Source: Eledone cirrhosa
Taxonomy: Eukaryota
DNA length: 64,000 nt
Assembly (NCBI GenBank): GCA_964016885.1
Contig: CAXHJY010000834.1
Span: 248,001-312,000 of the forward strand
Direction of reading: 5' to 3'
The notes under the pieces were generated by a model that made no database searches, was not told the origin of the DNA, and was given only the letters and a program-made list of their open reading frames with translations. Shown in pieces: positions 15,001 through 29,804 of this stretch. How positions within the stretch are numbered: the stretch's first letter is position 1; each line of letters starts with the position of its first letter. Position numbers and translations under genes: made by a program.

Positions 15001-18000
15001 CAGTTAGTGTGAAAAGATACCAGTACTAGGACCAAATACAGTTAGTGTGAAAAGATACCAGTACTAGGACCAAATACAGTTAGTGTGAAAAGATACCAGT
15101 ACTAGGACCAAATACAGTTAGTGTGAAAAGATACCAGTACTAGGACCAAATACAGTTAGTGTGAAAAGATACCAGTACTAGGACCAAATACAGTTAGTGT
15201 GAACAGACACCAGTACTAGGACCAAATACAGTTAGTGTGAAAAGATACCAGTACTAGGACCAAATACAGTTAGTGTGAAAAGATACCAGTACTAGGCCCA
15301 AATACAGCTAGTGTGAAAAGATACCAGTACTAGGACCAAAGACAGTTAGTGTGAAAAGACACCAGTACTAGGACCAAATACAGTTAGTGTGAAAAGACAC
15401 CAGTACTAGAACCAAATACAGTTAGTGTGAAAAGACACCAGTACTAGGACCAAATACAGTTAGCGTGAACAGACACCAGTACTAGGCCCAAATACAGCTA
15501 GTGTGAAAAGATACCAGTACTAGGACCAAAGACAGTTAGTGTGAACAGATACCAGTACTAGGACCAAATACAGTTAGTGTGAAAAGATACCAGTACTAGG
15601 ACCAAATACAGTTAGTGTGAAAAGATACCACTACTAGGACCAAATACAGTTAGTGTGAAAAGATACCAGTACTAGGCCCAAATACAGCTAGTGTGAAAAG
15701 ATACCAGTACTAGGACCAAAGACAGTTAGTGTGAAAAGATACCAGTACTAGGACCAAAGACAGTTAGTGTGAAAAGACACCAGTACTAGGACCAAATACA
15801 GTTAGTGTGAAAAGACACCAGTACTAGAACCAAATACAGTTAGTGTGAAAAGACACCAGTACTAGGACCAAATACAGTTAGCGTGAACAGACACCAGTAC
15901 TAGGCCCAAATACAGCTAGTGTGAAAAGATACCAGTACTAGGACCAAAGACAGTTAGTGTGAACAGATACCAGTACTAGGACCAAATACAGTTAGTGTGA
16001 AAAGATACCAGTACTAGGACCAAATACAGTTAGTGTGAAAAGATACCACTACTAGGACCAAATACAGTTAGTGTGAAAAGATACCAGTACTAGGACCAAA
16101 TACAGTTAGTGTGAAAAGATACCAGTACTAGGACCAAATACAGTTAGTGTGAAAAGATACAAGTACTAGGACCAAATACAGTTAGTGTGAACAGACACCA
16201 GTACTAGGACCAAATACAGTTAGTGTGAAAAGATACCAGTACTAGGACCAAATACAGTTAGTGTGAAAAGACACCAGTACTAGGCCCAAATACAGCTAGT
16301 GTGAAAAGATACCAGTACTAGGACCAAAGACAGTTAGTGTGAACAGATACCAGTACTAGGAACAAATACAGTTAGTGTGAACAGACACCAGTACTAGGAC
16401 CAAATACAGTTAGTGTGAAAAGATACCAGTACTAGGACCAAATACAGTTAGTGTGAAAAGATACCAGTACTAGGACCAAATACAGTTAGTGTGAAAAGAT
16501 ACCACTACTAGGACCAAATACAGTTAGTGTGAAAAGACACCAGTACTAGGACGAAATACAGTTAGTGTGAAAAGACATCAGTACTAGAACCAAATACAGT
16601 TAGTGTGAAAAGATACCAGTACTAGGACCAAATACAGTTAGTGTGAAAAGATACCAGTACTAGGACCAAATACAGTTAGTGTGAAAAGATACCAGTACTA
16701 GGACCAAATACAGTTAGTGTGAAAAGATACCAGTACTAGGACCAAATACAGTTAGTCTGAATAGATACCAGTACTAGGACCAAATACAGTTAGTCTGAAA
16801 AGATACTAGTACTAGGACCAAATACAGTTAGTGTGAAAAGATACGAGTACTAGGACCAAATACAGTTAGTGTTAAAAGATACCAGTACTAGGACCAAATA
16901 CAGTTAGTGTGAAAAGATACCAGTACTAGGACCAAATACAGTTAGTCTGAATAGATACCAGTACTAGGACCAAATACAGTTAGTGTGAAAAGATACGAGT
17001 ACTAGGACCAAATACAGTTAGTGTGAAAAGATACCAGTACTAGGACCAAATACAGTTAGTGTGAAAAGATACCAGTACTAGGACCAAATACTGTTAGTGT
17101 GAAAAGATACCAGTACTAGGACCAAATACAGTTAGTGTGAAAAGATACCAGTACTAGGACCAAATACAGTTAGTCTGAATAGATACCAGTACTAGGACCA
17201 AATACAGTTAGTCTGAAAAGATACCAGTACTAGGACCAAATACAGTTAGTGTGAACAGATACCAGTACTAGGACCAAATACAGTTAGTGTGAAAAGACAC
17301 CAGTACTAAAACCAAATACAGTTAGTTTGAAAAGACACCAGTACTAGAACCAAATACAGTTAGTGTGAAAAGATACCAGTACTAGGACCAAATACAGTTA
17401 GTGTGAAAAGACACCAGTACTAGAACCAAATACAGTTAGTGTGAAAAGACACCAGTACTAGGACCAAATACAGTTAGTGTGAAAAGACACCAGTACTAGA
17501 ACCAAATACAGTTAGTGTGAAAAGACACCAGTACTAGGACCAAATACAGTTAGTGTGAAAAGATACCAGTAGAAGGACCAAATACAGTTAGTGTGAAAAG
17601 ACACCAGTACTAGGACCAAATACAGTTAGTGTGAAAAGACACCAGTACTAGAACCAAATACAGTTAGTGTGAAAAGACACCGGTACTAGGACCAAATACA
17701 GTTAGTGTGAAAAGATACCAGTAGAAGGACCAAATACAATTAGTGTGAAAAGACACCAGTACTAAGACCAAATACAGTTAGTGTGAAAAGACACCAGTAC
17801 TAGAACCAAATACAGTTAGTGTGAAAAGACACCAGTACTAGGACCAAATACAGTTAGTGTGAAAAGATACCAGTACTAGGACCAAATACAGTTAGTGTGA
17901 AAAGATACCAGTACTAGGACCAAATACAGTTAGTGTGAAAAGATACCACTACTAGGACCAAATACAGTTAGTGTGAAAAGACACCAGTACTAGGACGAAA

Positions 18001-21000
18001 TACAGTTAGTGTGAAAAGACATCAGTACTAGAACCAAATACAGTTAGTGTGAAAAGATACCAGTACTAGGACCAAATACAGTTAGTGTGAAAAGATACCA
18101 GTACTAGGACCAAATACAGTTAGTGTGAAAAGATACCAGTACTAGGACCAAATACAGTTAGTGTGAAAAGATACCAGTACTAGGACCAAATACAGTTAGT
18201 CTGAATAGATACCAGTACTAGGACCAAATACAGTTAGTCTGAAAAGATACTAGTACTAGGACCAAATACAGTTAGTGTGAAAAGATACCAGTACTAGGAC
18301 CAAATACAGTTAGTGTGAAAAGATACCAGTACTAGGACCAAATACAGTTAGTGTGAAAAGATACCAGTACTAGGACTAAATACAGTTAGTGTGAAAAGAT
18401 ACCAGTACTAGGACCAAATACAGTTAGTGTGAAAAGATACCAGTACTAGGACCAAATACAGTTAGTGTGAAAAGATACCAGTACTAGGACCAAATACAGT
18501 TAGTGTGAAAAGAAACCACTACTAGGACCAAATACAGTTAGTGTGAAAAGACACCAGTACTAGGACGAAATACAGTTAGTGTGAAAAGACATCAGTACTA
18601 GAACCAAATACAGTTAGTGTGAAAAGATACCAGTACTAGGACCAAATACAGTTAGTGTGAAAAGATACCAGTACTAGGACCAAATACAGTTAGTGTGAAA
18701 AGATACCAGTACTAGGACCAAATACAGTTAGTGTGAAAAGATACCAGTACTAGGACCAAATACAGTTAGTCTGAATAGATACCAGTACTAGGACCAAATA
18801 CAGTTAGTCTGAAAAGATACTAGTACTAGGACCAAATACAGTTAGTGTGAAAAGATACCAGTACTAGGACCAAATACAGTTAGTGTGAAAAGATACCAGT
18901 ACTAGGACCAAATACAGTTAGTGTGAAAAGATACCAGTACTAGGACTAAATACAGTTAGTGTGAAAAGATACCAGTACTAGGACCAAATACAGTTAGTGT
19001 GAAAAGATACCAGTACTAGGACCAAATACAGTTAGTGTGAAAAGATACCAGTACTAGGACCAAATACAGTTAGTGTGAAAAGACACCAGTACTAGGACCA
19101 AATACAGTTAGTGTGAAAAGACACCAGTACTAGGACCAAATACAGTTAGTGTGAACAGACACCAGTACTAGGACCAAATACAGTTAGTGTGAACAGACAC
19201 CAGTACTAGGACCAAATACAGTTAGTGTGAAAAGACACCAGTACTAGAACCAAATACAGTTAGTCTGAACAGACACCAGTACTAGGACCAAATACAGTTA
19301 GTGTGAAAAGATACCAGTACTAGGACCAAATACAGTTAGTGTGAAAAGACACCAGTACTAGGCCCAAATACAGCTTGTGAGAAAAGATACCAGTACTAGG
19401 ACCAAAGACAGTTAGTGTGAACAGATACCAGTCCTAGGAACAAATACAGTTAGTGTGAACAGACACCAGTACTAGGACCAAATACAGTTAGTGTGAAAAG
19501 ATACCAGTACTAGGACCAAATACAGTTAGTGTGAAAATATACCAGTACTAGGACCAAATACAGTTAGTGTGAAAAGATACCACTACTAGGACCAAATACA
19601 GTTAGTGTGAAAAGACACCAGTACTAGGACCAAATACAGTTAGTGTGAAAAGACACCAGTACTAGGACGAAATACAGTTAGTGTGAAAAGACATCAGTAC
19701 TAGAACCAAATACAGTTAGTGTGAAAAGATACCAGTACTAGGACCAAATACAGTTAGTGTGAAAAGATACCAGTACTAGGACCAAATACAGTTAGTGTGA
19801 AAAGATACCAGTACTAGGACCAAATACAGTTAGTGTGAAAAGATACCAGTACTAGGACCAAATACAGTTAGTCTGAATAGATACCAGTACTAGGACCAAA
19901 TACAGTTAGTCTGAAAAGATACTAGTACTAGGACCAAATACAGTAAGTGTGAAAAGATACCAGTACTAGGACCAAATGCAGTTAGTGTGAAAAGATACCA
20001 GTACTAGGACCAAATACAGTTAGTGTGAAAAGATACCAGTACTAGGACCAAATACAGTTAGTGTGAAAAGATACCAGTACTAGGACCAAATACAGTTAGT
20101 GTGAAAAGATACCAGTACTAGTACCAAATACAGTTAGTGTGAAAAGATACCAGTACTAGGACCAAATACAGTTAGTGTGAAAAGATACCAGTACTAGGAC
20201 CAAATACAGTTAGTGTGAACAGACACCAGTACTAGGACCAAATACAGTTAGTGTGAATAGATACCAGTACTAGGACCAAATACAGTTAGTGTGAAAAGAC
20301 ACCAGTACTAGGACCAAATACAGTTAGTGTGAAAAGACACCAGTACTAGGACCAAATACAGTTAGTGTGAAAAGATACCAGTACTAGGACGAAATACAGT
20401 TAGTGTGAAAAGACATCAGTACTAGAACCAAATACAGTTAGTGTGAAAAGATACCAGTACTAGGACCAAATACAGTTAGTGTGAAAAGATACCAGTACTA
20501 GGACCAAATACAGTTAGTGTGAAAAGATACCAGTACTAGGACCAAATACAGTTAGTGTGAAAAGATACCAGTACTAGGACCAAATACAGTTAGTCTGAAT
20601 AGATACCAGTACTAGGACCAAATACAGTTAGTCTGAAAAGATACTAGTACTAGGACCAAATACAGTTAGTGTGAAAAGAAACCAGTACTAGGACCAAATA
20701 CAGTTAGTGTGAAAAGATACCAGTACTAGGACCAAATACAGTTAGTGTGAAAAGATACCAGTACTAGGACCAAATACAGTTAGTGTGAAAAGATACCAGT
20801 ACTAGGACCAAATACAGTTAGTGTGAATAGATACCAGTACTAGGACCAAATACAGTTAGTGTGAAAAGATACCAGTACTAGGACCAAATACAGTTAGGGT
20901 GAAAAGATACCAGTACTAGGACCAAATACAGTTAGTGTGAACAGACACCAGTACTAGGACCAAATACAGTTAGTGTGAAAAGATACCAGTACTAGGACCA

Positions 21001-24000
21001 AATACAGTTAGTGTGAAAAGACACCAGTACTAGGCCCAAATACAGCTAGTGTGAAAAGATACCAGTACTAGGACCAAAGACAGTTAGTGTGAACAGATAC
21101 CAGTACTAGGAACAAATACAGTTAGTGTGAACAGACACCAGTACTAGGACCAAATACAGTTAGTGTGAAAAGATACCAGTACTAGGACCAAATACAGTTA
21201 GTGTGAAAAGATACCAGTACTAGGACCAAATACAGTTAGTGTGAAAAGATACCACTACTAGGACCAAATACAGTTAGTGTGAAAAGACATCAGTACTAGA
21301 ACCAAATACAGTTAGTGTGAAAAGATACCAGTACTAGGACCAAATACAGTTAGTGTGAAAAGATACCAGTACTAGGACCAAATACAGTTAGTGTGAAAAG
21401 ATACCAGTACTAGGACCAAATACAGTTAGTCTGAATAGATACCAGTACTAGGACCAAATACAGTTAGTCTGAAAAGATACTAGTACTAGGACCAAATACA
21501 GTTAGTGTGAAAAGATACCAGTACTAGGACCAAATACAGTTAGTGTGAAAAGACACCAGTACTAGGACCAAATACAGTTAGTGTGAAAAGATACCAGTAC
21601 TAGGACCAAATACAGTTAGTGTGAAAAGATACCAGTACTAGGACCAAATACAGTTAGTCTGAATAGATACCAGTACTAGGACCAAATACAGTTAGTCTGA
21701 AAAGATACTAGTACTAGGACCAAATACAGTTAGTGTGAAAAGATACCAGTACTAGGACCAAATACAGTTAGTGTGAAAAGACACCAGTACTAGGACCAAA
21801 TACAGTTAGTGTGAAAAGATACCAGTACTAGGACAAAATACAGTTAGTGTGAAAAGATACCAGTACTAGGACCAAATACAGTTAGTGTGAAAAGACACCA
21901 GTACTAGGACCAAATACAGTTAGTGTGAAAAGATACCAGTACTAGGACCAAATACAGTTAGTGTGAAAAGATACCAGTACTAGGACAAAATACAGTTAGT
22001 GTGAAAAGACACCAGTACTAGGCCCAAATACAGTTAGTGTGAAAAGACACCAGTACTAGAACCAAATACAGTTAGTGTGAAAAGATACCAGTACTAGGAC
22101 CAAATACAGTTAGTGTGAAAAGATACCAGTACTAGGACCAAATACAGTTAGTGTGAAAAGATACCAGTACTAGAACCAAATACAGTTAGTGTGAAAAGAT
22201 ACCAGTACTAGGACCAAATACAGTTAGTGTGAAAAGACACCAGTACTAGAACCAAATACAGTTAGTGTGAAAAGATACCAGTACTAGGACCAAATACAGT
22301 TAGTGTGAAAAGATACCAGTACTAGGACAAAATACAGTTAGTGTGAAAAGACACCAGTACTAGGCCCAAATATAGTTAGTGTGAAAAGACACCAGTACTA
22401 GGACCAAATACAGTTAGTGTGAAAAGACACCAGTACTAGGACCAAATACAGTTAGTGTGAAAAGATACCAGTACTAGGACCAAATACAGTTAGTGTGAAA
22501 AGACACCAGTACTAGGACCAAATACAGTTAGTGTGAAAAGATACCAGTACTAGGACCAAATACAGTTAGTGTGAAAAGATACCAGTACTAGGACCAAATA
22601 CTGTTAGTGTGAAAAGACACCAGTACTAGGACCAAATACAGTTAGTGTGAAAAGATACCAGTACTAGGACCAAATACAGTTAGTGTGAAAAGATACCTGT
22701 ACTAGGCCCAAATACAGTTAGTGTGAAAAGACACCAGTACTAGAACCAAATACAGTTAGTGTGAAAAGATACCAGTACTAGGACCAAATACAGTTAGAGT
22801 GAAAAGACACCAGTACTAGGCCCAAATACAGTTAGTGTGAAAAGATACCAGTACTAGGACCAAATACAGTTAGTGTGAACAGACATCAGTACTGGAACCA
22901 AATACAGTTAGTGTGAAAAGATACCAGTACTAGGACCAAATACAGTTAGTGTGAAAAGACACCAGTACTAGGACCAAATACAGTTAGTGTGAAAAGATAC
23001 CAGTAGAAGGACCAAATACAGTTAGTGTGAAAAGACACCAGTACTAGGACCAAATACAGTTAGTGTGAAAAGACACCAGTACTAGAACCAAATACAGTTA
23101 GTGTGAAAAGACACCAGTACTAGGACCAAATACAGTTAGTGTGAAAAGATACCAGTAGAAGGACCAAATACAATTAGTGTGAAAAGACACCAGTACTAAG
23201 ACCAAATACAGTTAGTGTGAAAAGACACCAGTACTAGGCCCAAATACAGCTAGTGTGAAAAGACACCAGTACAAGGACCAAATACAGTTAGTGTGAAAAG
23301 ACACCAGTACTAGGCCCAAATACAGCTAGTGTGAAAAGATACCAGTACTAGGACCAAATACAGTTAGTGTGAAAAGATACCAGTACTAGGACCAAATACA
23401 GTTAGTGTGGACAGACACCAGTACTAGGACCAAATACAGTTAGTGTGAAAAGACACCAGTACTAGGACCAAATACAGTTAGTGTGAAAAGATACCAGTAC
23501 TAGGACCAAATACAGTTAGTGTGAAAAGATACCAGTACTAGGACCAAATACAGTTAGTGTGAAAAGATACCATTACTAGGACCAAATACAGTTAGTGTGA
23601 AAAGACACCAGTACTAGGACCAAATACAGTTAGTGTGAAAAGATACCACTACTAGGACCAAATACAGTTAGTGTGAAAAGACATCAGTACTAGGACTAAA
23701 TACAGTTAGTGTGAAAAGACACCAGTACTAGGACCAAATACAGTTAGTGTGAAAAGACACCAGTACTAGGACCAAATACAGTTAGTGTGAAAAGACACCA
23801 GTACTAGGACCAAATACAGTTAGTGTGAAAAGACACCAGTACTAGAACCAAATACAGTTAGTGTGAAAAGACACCAGTACTGGAACCAAATACAGTTAGT
23901 GTGAAAAGATACCAGTACTAGGACCAAATACAGTTAGTGTGAAAAGATACCAGTACTAGGACCAAATACAGTTAGTGTGAAAAGACACCAGTACTAGGAC

Positions 24001-26860
24001 CAAATACAGTTAGTGTTAAAAAATACCAGTACTAGGACCAAATACAGTTAGTGTGAAAAGATACCAGTACTAGGACCAAATACAGTTAGTGTGAAAAGAT
24101 ACCAGTACTAGGACCAAATACAGTTAGTGTGAAAAGATACCACTACTAGGACCAAATACAGTTAGTGTGAAAAGACACCAGTACTAGGACGAAATACAGT
24201 TAGAGTGAAAAGACATCAGTACTAGAACCAAATGCAGTTAGTGTGAAAAGATACCAGTACTAGGACCAAATACAGTTAGTGTGAAAAGATACCAGTACTA
24301 GGACCAAATACAGTTAGTGTGAAAAGATACCAGTACTAGGACCAAATACAGTTAGTGTGAAAAGATACCAGTACTAGGACCAAATACAGTTAGTCTGAAT
24401 AGATACCAGTACTAGGACCAAATACAGTTAGTCTGAAAAGATACTAGTACTAGGACCAAATACAGTTAGTGTGAAAAGATACCAGTACTAGGACCAAATA
24501 CAGTTAGTGTGAAAAGATACCAGTACTAGGACCAAATACAGTTAGTGTGAAAAGATACCAGTACTAGGACCAAATACAGTTAGTGTGAAAAGATACCAGT
24601 ACTAGGACCAAATACAGTTAGTGTGAAAAGATACCAGTACTAGGACCAAATACAGTTAGTGTGAAAAGATACCAGTACTAGGACCAAATACAGTTAGTGT
24701 GAAAAGATACCAGTACTAGGACCAAATACAGTTAGTGTGAAAAGACACCAGTACTAGGCCCAAATACAGCTAGTGTGAAAAGATACCAGTACTAGGACCA
24801 AAGACAGTTAGTGTGAACAGATACCAGTACTAGGAACAAATACAGTTAGTGTGAACAGACACCAGTACTAGGACCAAATACAGTTAGTGTGAAAAGATAC
24901 CAGTACTAGGACCAAATACAGTTAGTGTGAAAAGATACCAGTACTAGGACCAAATACAGTTAGTGTGAAAAGATACCACTACTAGGACCAAATACAGTTA
25001 GTGTGAAAAGACACCAGTACTAGGACGAAATACAGTTAGTGTGAAAAGACATCAGTACTAGAACCAAATACAGTTTGTGTGAAAAGACACCAGTACTAGG
25101 ACCAAATACAGTTAGTGTGAAAAGACACCAGTACTAGAACCAAATACAGTTAGTGTGAAAAGATACCAGTACTAGGACCAAATACAGTTAGTGTGAAAAG
25201 ACACCAGTACTAGAACCAAATACAGTTAGTGTGAAAAGATACCAGTACTAGGACCAAATACAGTTAGTGTGAAAAGATACCAGTACTAGGACCAAATACA
25301 GTTAGTGTGAAAAGATACCAGTACTAGGACCAAATACAGTTAGTGTGAAATGATACCAGTACTAGGACCAAATACAGTTAGTGTGAAAAGACACCAGTAC
25401 TAGGACCAAATACAGTTAGTGTGAATAGATACCAGTAGTAGGACCAAATACAGTTAGTGTGAACAGATACCAGTACTAGGACCAAATACAGTTAGTGTGA
25501 AAAGATACCAGTACTAGAACCAAATACAGTTAGTGTGAAAAGATACCAGTACTAGGACCAAATACAGTTAGTGTGAAAAGACACCAGTACTAGAACCAAA
25601 TACAGTTAGTGTGAAAATATACCAGTACTAGGACCAAATACAGTTAGTGTGAAAAGATACCAGTACTAGGACCAAATACAGTTAGTCTGAATAGATACCA
25701 GTAGTAGGACCAAATACAGTTAGTGTGAAAAGATACCAGTACTAGGACCAAATACAGTTAGTGTAAAAAGATACCAGTACTAAGACCAAATACAGTTAGT
25801 GTGAAATGATACCAGTACTAGGACCAAATACATTTAGTGTGAAAAGACACCAGTACTAGGACCAAATACAGTTAGTGTGAAAAGACACCAGTACTCAAAC
25901 CAAATACAGTTAGTGTGAAAAGACACCAGTACTCAAACCAAATACAGTTAGTGTGAAAAGACACCAGTACTCAAACCAAATACAGTTTGTGTGAAAAGAT
26001 ACCAGTACTAGGACCAAATACAGTTAGTGTGAAAAGATACCAGTACTAGGATCAAATACAGTTAGTGTGAAAAGATACCAGTACTAGGACCAAATACAGT
26101 TAGTGTGAAAAGATACCAGTACTAGGATCAAATACAGTTAGTGTGAAAAGACACCAGTACTAGGACCAAATACAGTTAGTGTGAAAAGACACCAGTACTA
26201 GGACCAAATACAGTTTGTGTGAAAAGATACCAGTACTAAGACCAAATACAGTTAGTGTGAAAAGACACCAGTACTAGGACAAAATACAGTTAGTGTGAAA
26301 AGATACCAGTACTAGGACCAAATACAGTTAGTGTGAAAAGACACCAGTACTAGGACCAAATACAGTTAGTGTGAAAAGATACCAGTACTAGGATCAAATA
26401 CAGTTAGTGTGAAAAGACACCAGTACTAGGACCAAATACAGTTAGTGTGAAAAGATACCAGTACTAGGACCAAATACAGTTAGTGTGAAAAGATACCAGT
26501 ACTAGAACCAAATACAGTTAGTGTGAAGAGATACCAGTACTAGAACCAAATACAGTTGGTCAGTGTGAAAAGATGCCACTACTAGGACCAAATACAGTTG
26601 GTCAATGTGAAAAGATACCAGTACTAGAACCAAATCTAGTTGGTCAATGTGAAAAGATACCAGTACTAGAACCAAATACAGTTGGTCAATGTGAAAAGTT
26701 ACCAGTACTAGAACCAAATACAGTTGGTCAATGTGAAAAGATACCAGTACTAGGACCAAATACAGTTGGTCAATGTGAAAAGATACCAGTACTAGGACCA
26801 AATACAGTTAGTCAATATGAACAGATACCAATACTAGGACACTGGGGCCAATTACAGTCA
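1..26860. repeat. 38-bp tandem satellite array, about 700 copies, consensus GTGTGAAAAGATACCAGTACTAGGACCAAATACAGTTA; runs off the left edge of the window
   Basis: Period 38 read directly (TGAAAAGATA at 1, 39, ...). Phase at 26486 equals 697x38 minus 1, matching the single 1-bp deletion visible near 4912. Variation is otherwise substitutions. Confidence 0.99.
26531..26860. repeat. 42-bp variant units (about 7) at the satellite boundary
   Basis: TACAGTTAGTGTGAAAAG becomes TACAGTTGGTCAATGTGAAAAG (+4 bp). This gives the 14-aa periodic ORF at 26573-26890, then decays into unique sequence. Confidence 0.95.
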
Positions 26861-27505
26861 CCTTTCAGTGAGACTCATACATATTGTTAAGATCAAAACA
26901 ATAAAAAAAAAACAAAAAAAAAAAAAACAAATTAGTATTTTAATAAGCAATAGCAACTTTTTTGCTTCTCTCTACATTCCAGGTGCTGCAGTAAAGATGA
27001 GGGTCGGTAAATCCGTGGCCAAATGTAATAAAATTCTAAAGCACCAGGAATTATCAGTAAACTATCTATTTTCTTTTAACGTGTGCTGTTTGACATGTTT
27101 AGGCGAGATTCTTGTAATTGTTGGTGACTCCCCTTACTGAGATAAGAGGTTATGCTCTTAGTGAGGGTTGCTAGGTTATTTCAACGTTTTAACCTCACCA
27201 TTACCCACAGTAATGCTGCGAATGTGTTGACTTCCCTCGGAAATTATTAGAGGGAAACTCCAGCACCCCTTATGGTGCGTGATTGATTGTACTGGTCATC
27301 TATCCCCTCCTTTGTTGTAGTTTTAGTACTTTTTATATATGTGGTGGTGGTGGTGGTGGTGGTTATGGGTGAATTTATTTATATAGATATAAATGTTTCT
27401 AATAATAAATCTAGCTTTGTAAATGCTCAAATAGGTGGGGAAGGGCTGCATCAAATCTTCTCAACTTCGGATTGTTTTAAATTATAATTGTATATATATA
27501 TATAT

Positions 27506-27582
27506 GTTTTGAAACAGTGAGCGAGTTTGAAATTAGAAATATAAGCTTTCACCGTATTTTTTACTCAAAAATACGGTGAAAG

Positions 27583-27588
<6 letters not shown>
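27506..27588. mobile_element. Tiny fold-back element between (TA)n tracts, possibly a PLE pLTR remnant
   Basis: Perfect 22-bp inverted repeat 27540-27561/27567-27588 with a 5-nt loop. Each arm reads CGGT-GAAAGCTTA, resembling the 3' half of a minimal HHR. Confidence 0.5.
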
Positions 27589-27637
<49 letters not shown>

Positions 27638-28339
27638 AGGGGGAAAGAGAGAGAGAGATATCCAGAATCAGTAAATTTACACCATGCTGGGATCCTGTCT
27701 GGCTACTTTTCGTTTTAGGTAGACAGTACTTGCTGAAGATAATATAATGAATAAAATGAAAATTGACGATACTTGATTGATCTGTATAAATAAATAATGA
27801 TTTATTGGTAAAAGAAAAGGAAATAAAATAACATGATTGGGTCATCACTTTATCACACCTTGGACAATATCGGTGGCGTGGAGAGGGAAAACTAATATGC
27901 ATGGAAAACTGCTGGTCTCCTACAAACAACCTAGCCCAGACATGTGCCTCAAAGACGAACTTTCTAGGCGCAAATCCCATGGTAATTTGTGACCGAAGGA
28001 GGTCTTTACTTTCTACCCTACATATAGATATATACAAACAGATACATACGTACACTCACACACATACATTTCTATGTTGTTTTGTTTTGTCTGGCAGTCT
28101 TTGATTAGAGCAGACATGAAACTAAACGCCACAAGCGAAACGAGTAAACAAACCTTGTGATAATAGGACATGTAAAATTTTAAGTAGTCAGCGATGTCCG
28201 ATCAATAATTTCATTTTACATTTATTTATATCAATTAAAATAATCTTTTTCTTATTTTCTATAATCATTATAAAACATAATTTAATTTTAAATATTTTCT
28301 TTTACTAATAAATCACTCTGAATTTACAAATATACAAAA

Positions 28340-29563
28340 TTGTGGAAAAGTGCTAAAAGTCATCCTAAACAGGCTGAAGTCAGATGCTGAGAAAATCATT
28401 GCGGAAGAGCAGGTTGGTTTCCGTTGTGGAAGGAGCATCACAGAGATTTTCAATCTGAGAGTTCTATGCGAAAAGTACAGCTAACACCAACAGAATCTTT
28501 ACCACGTATTCGTTGACTTCAAGAAAGTCTTTGACAGGGTGTGCTGTGGGCAACCATGAAGAAATATAACATGGGCCAAAAGACCATATAACAGCTGTAC
28601 GCGAAAGCCTCAAGTCCGGTACTTATCCAAGACACAATGGGGAACTGGTTCCACACATTAGTAGGTGTCCAATAGGGCTGTCCCCTCTTCCTGACACTGT
28701 TCAAAATCTTCCTTGAGCGAATCATGACTGACACCCTAGAAGACAATCCTGGCACAATCAGTAAAGGAGGACGAATTGTCACAAACGTCAGGTTCACTGA
28801 TGACATCGACGTGCAAGCTGGAGGTGAAGAACTCGCCGAGTTGGTGAACCGCTTGTAGACAACTTCTGCTACATACGGCATGGAGATCATCAAGCTGATG
28901 ACAAACACCACAAAGCCAATATAGTGAAGGGTCACAGTCAAAGGTCAAGAGCTGAAGACTGAAGCAGTTCAAGTAACTTGGTGCTATCATCAATCAAGAG
29001 GGATGAAAGCCATAGGTCCTTGCAATGAGTGCTCTAACAGCCACAGCACTTGCTAAACTGAAATCTCTCTGGAGAGATAAAACACCGCTTTCAGATGCAA
29101 AATAAAACTCACGTGTGCATTGGTCCTATCCATTTTTCTATATGCATGCGAGTCATGGACCCTGATTACTGAACTGCAAAGAAAGATCCAAACATTGGAG
29201 ATGAGATGCTATAGAATAATCCTGAGAATCTCCACACAGAACACATAAAGAACGAGGAGGTCCGCAAAAGAATCACTTAGCAGATGAACCATTTTGAAGA
29301 CCACGGTGAAGAAGAAGAAGTTGAGGTGGTATGGGGATGTAACAAGACCGGACGGACTCTCCAAGACAATTCTCTAAGAACAGTACGGGGAAATAGAAGG
29401 CGGGGCAGGCAGAGGAAGCGGTGGATAGACAATATAGCTGAGTGGAGGGGAAATAACTTTGCCACAACCCAAGCACTCGCCCATGACCGCCAGAGATGAA
29501 GGCAGTTGGTGCATCGCCTAAGACTGCAGTGTCCCAACGACACCGAAAAGGGCTAAATGACTA

Positions 29564-29567
<4 letters not shown>
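28340..29567 (+). mobile_element. 5'-truncated, decayed RTE-clade LINE (reverse transcriptase fragment and 3' end)
   Basis: Translates to KVILNRLKSDAEKIIAEEQVGFRCGRS...FVDFKKVFDRV, V*GCPL, FTDDI and FLYACESWTL...IQTLEMRCYRIILRIS, with stops and frameshifts. Ends at a (TA)n tract. Confidence 0.88.
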
Positions 29568-29618
<51 letters not shown>

Positions 29619-29762
29619 AAAAGTATTGCTTTTATTGGGTATAAACTTTGCCAGAGGGTTTAAAGCTTGTGAAGCTAAAACGGCCGAAACATGTGTTAGT
29701 TTTATAGCATATTGACTCTTTGGTGTTTCTTAATCTTTATATATATATGTATATACATACAT

Positions 29763-29804
<42 letters not shown>

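Noticed and set aside
1-26860. CRISPR array
   Set aside because: Units are contiguous near-identical monomers with no unique spacers, there are no cas genes, and the context is eukaryotic.
26502-26890. Repetitive ORFs on both strands
   Set aside because: By-product of the 42-bp unit being a multiple of three and stop-free. No other coding evidence.
27100-27300. Possible structured RNA (several short hairpins)
   Set aside because: No ribozyme core or recognisable RNA family motif could be assigned by eye.
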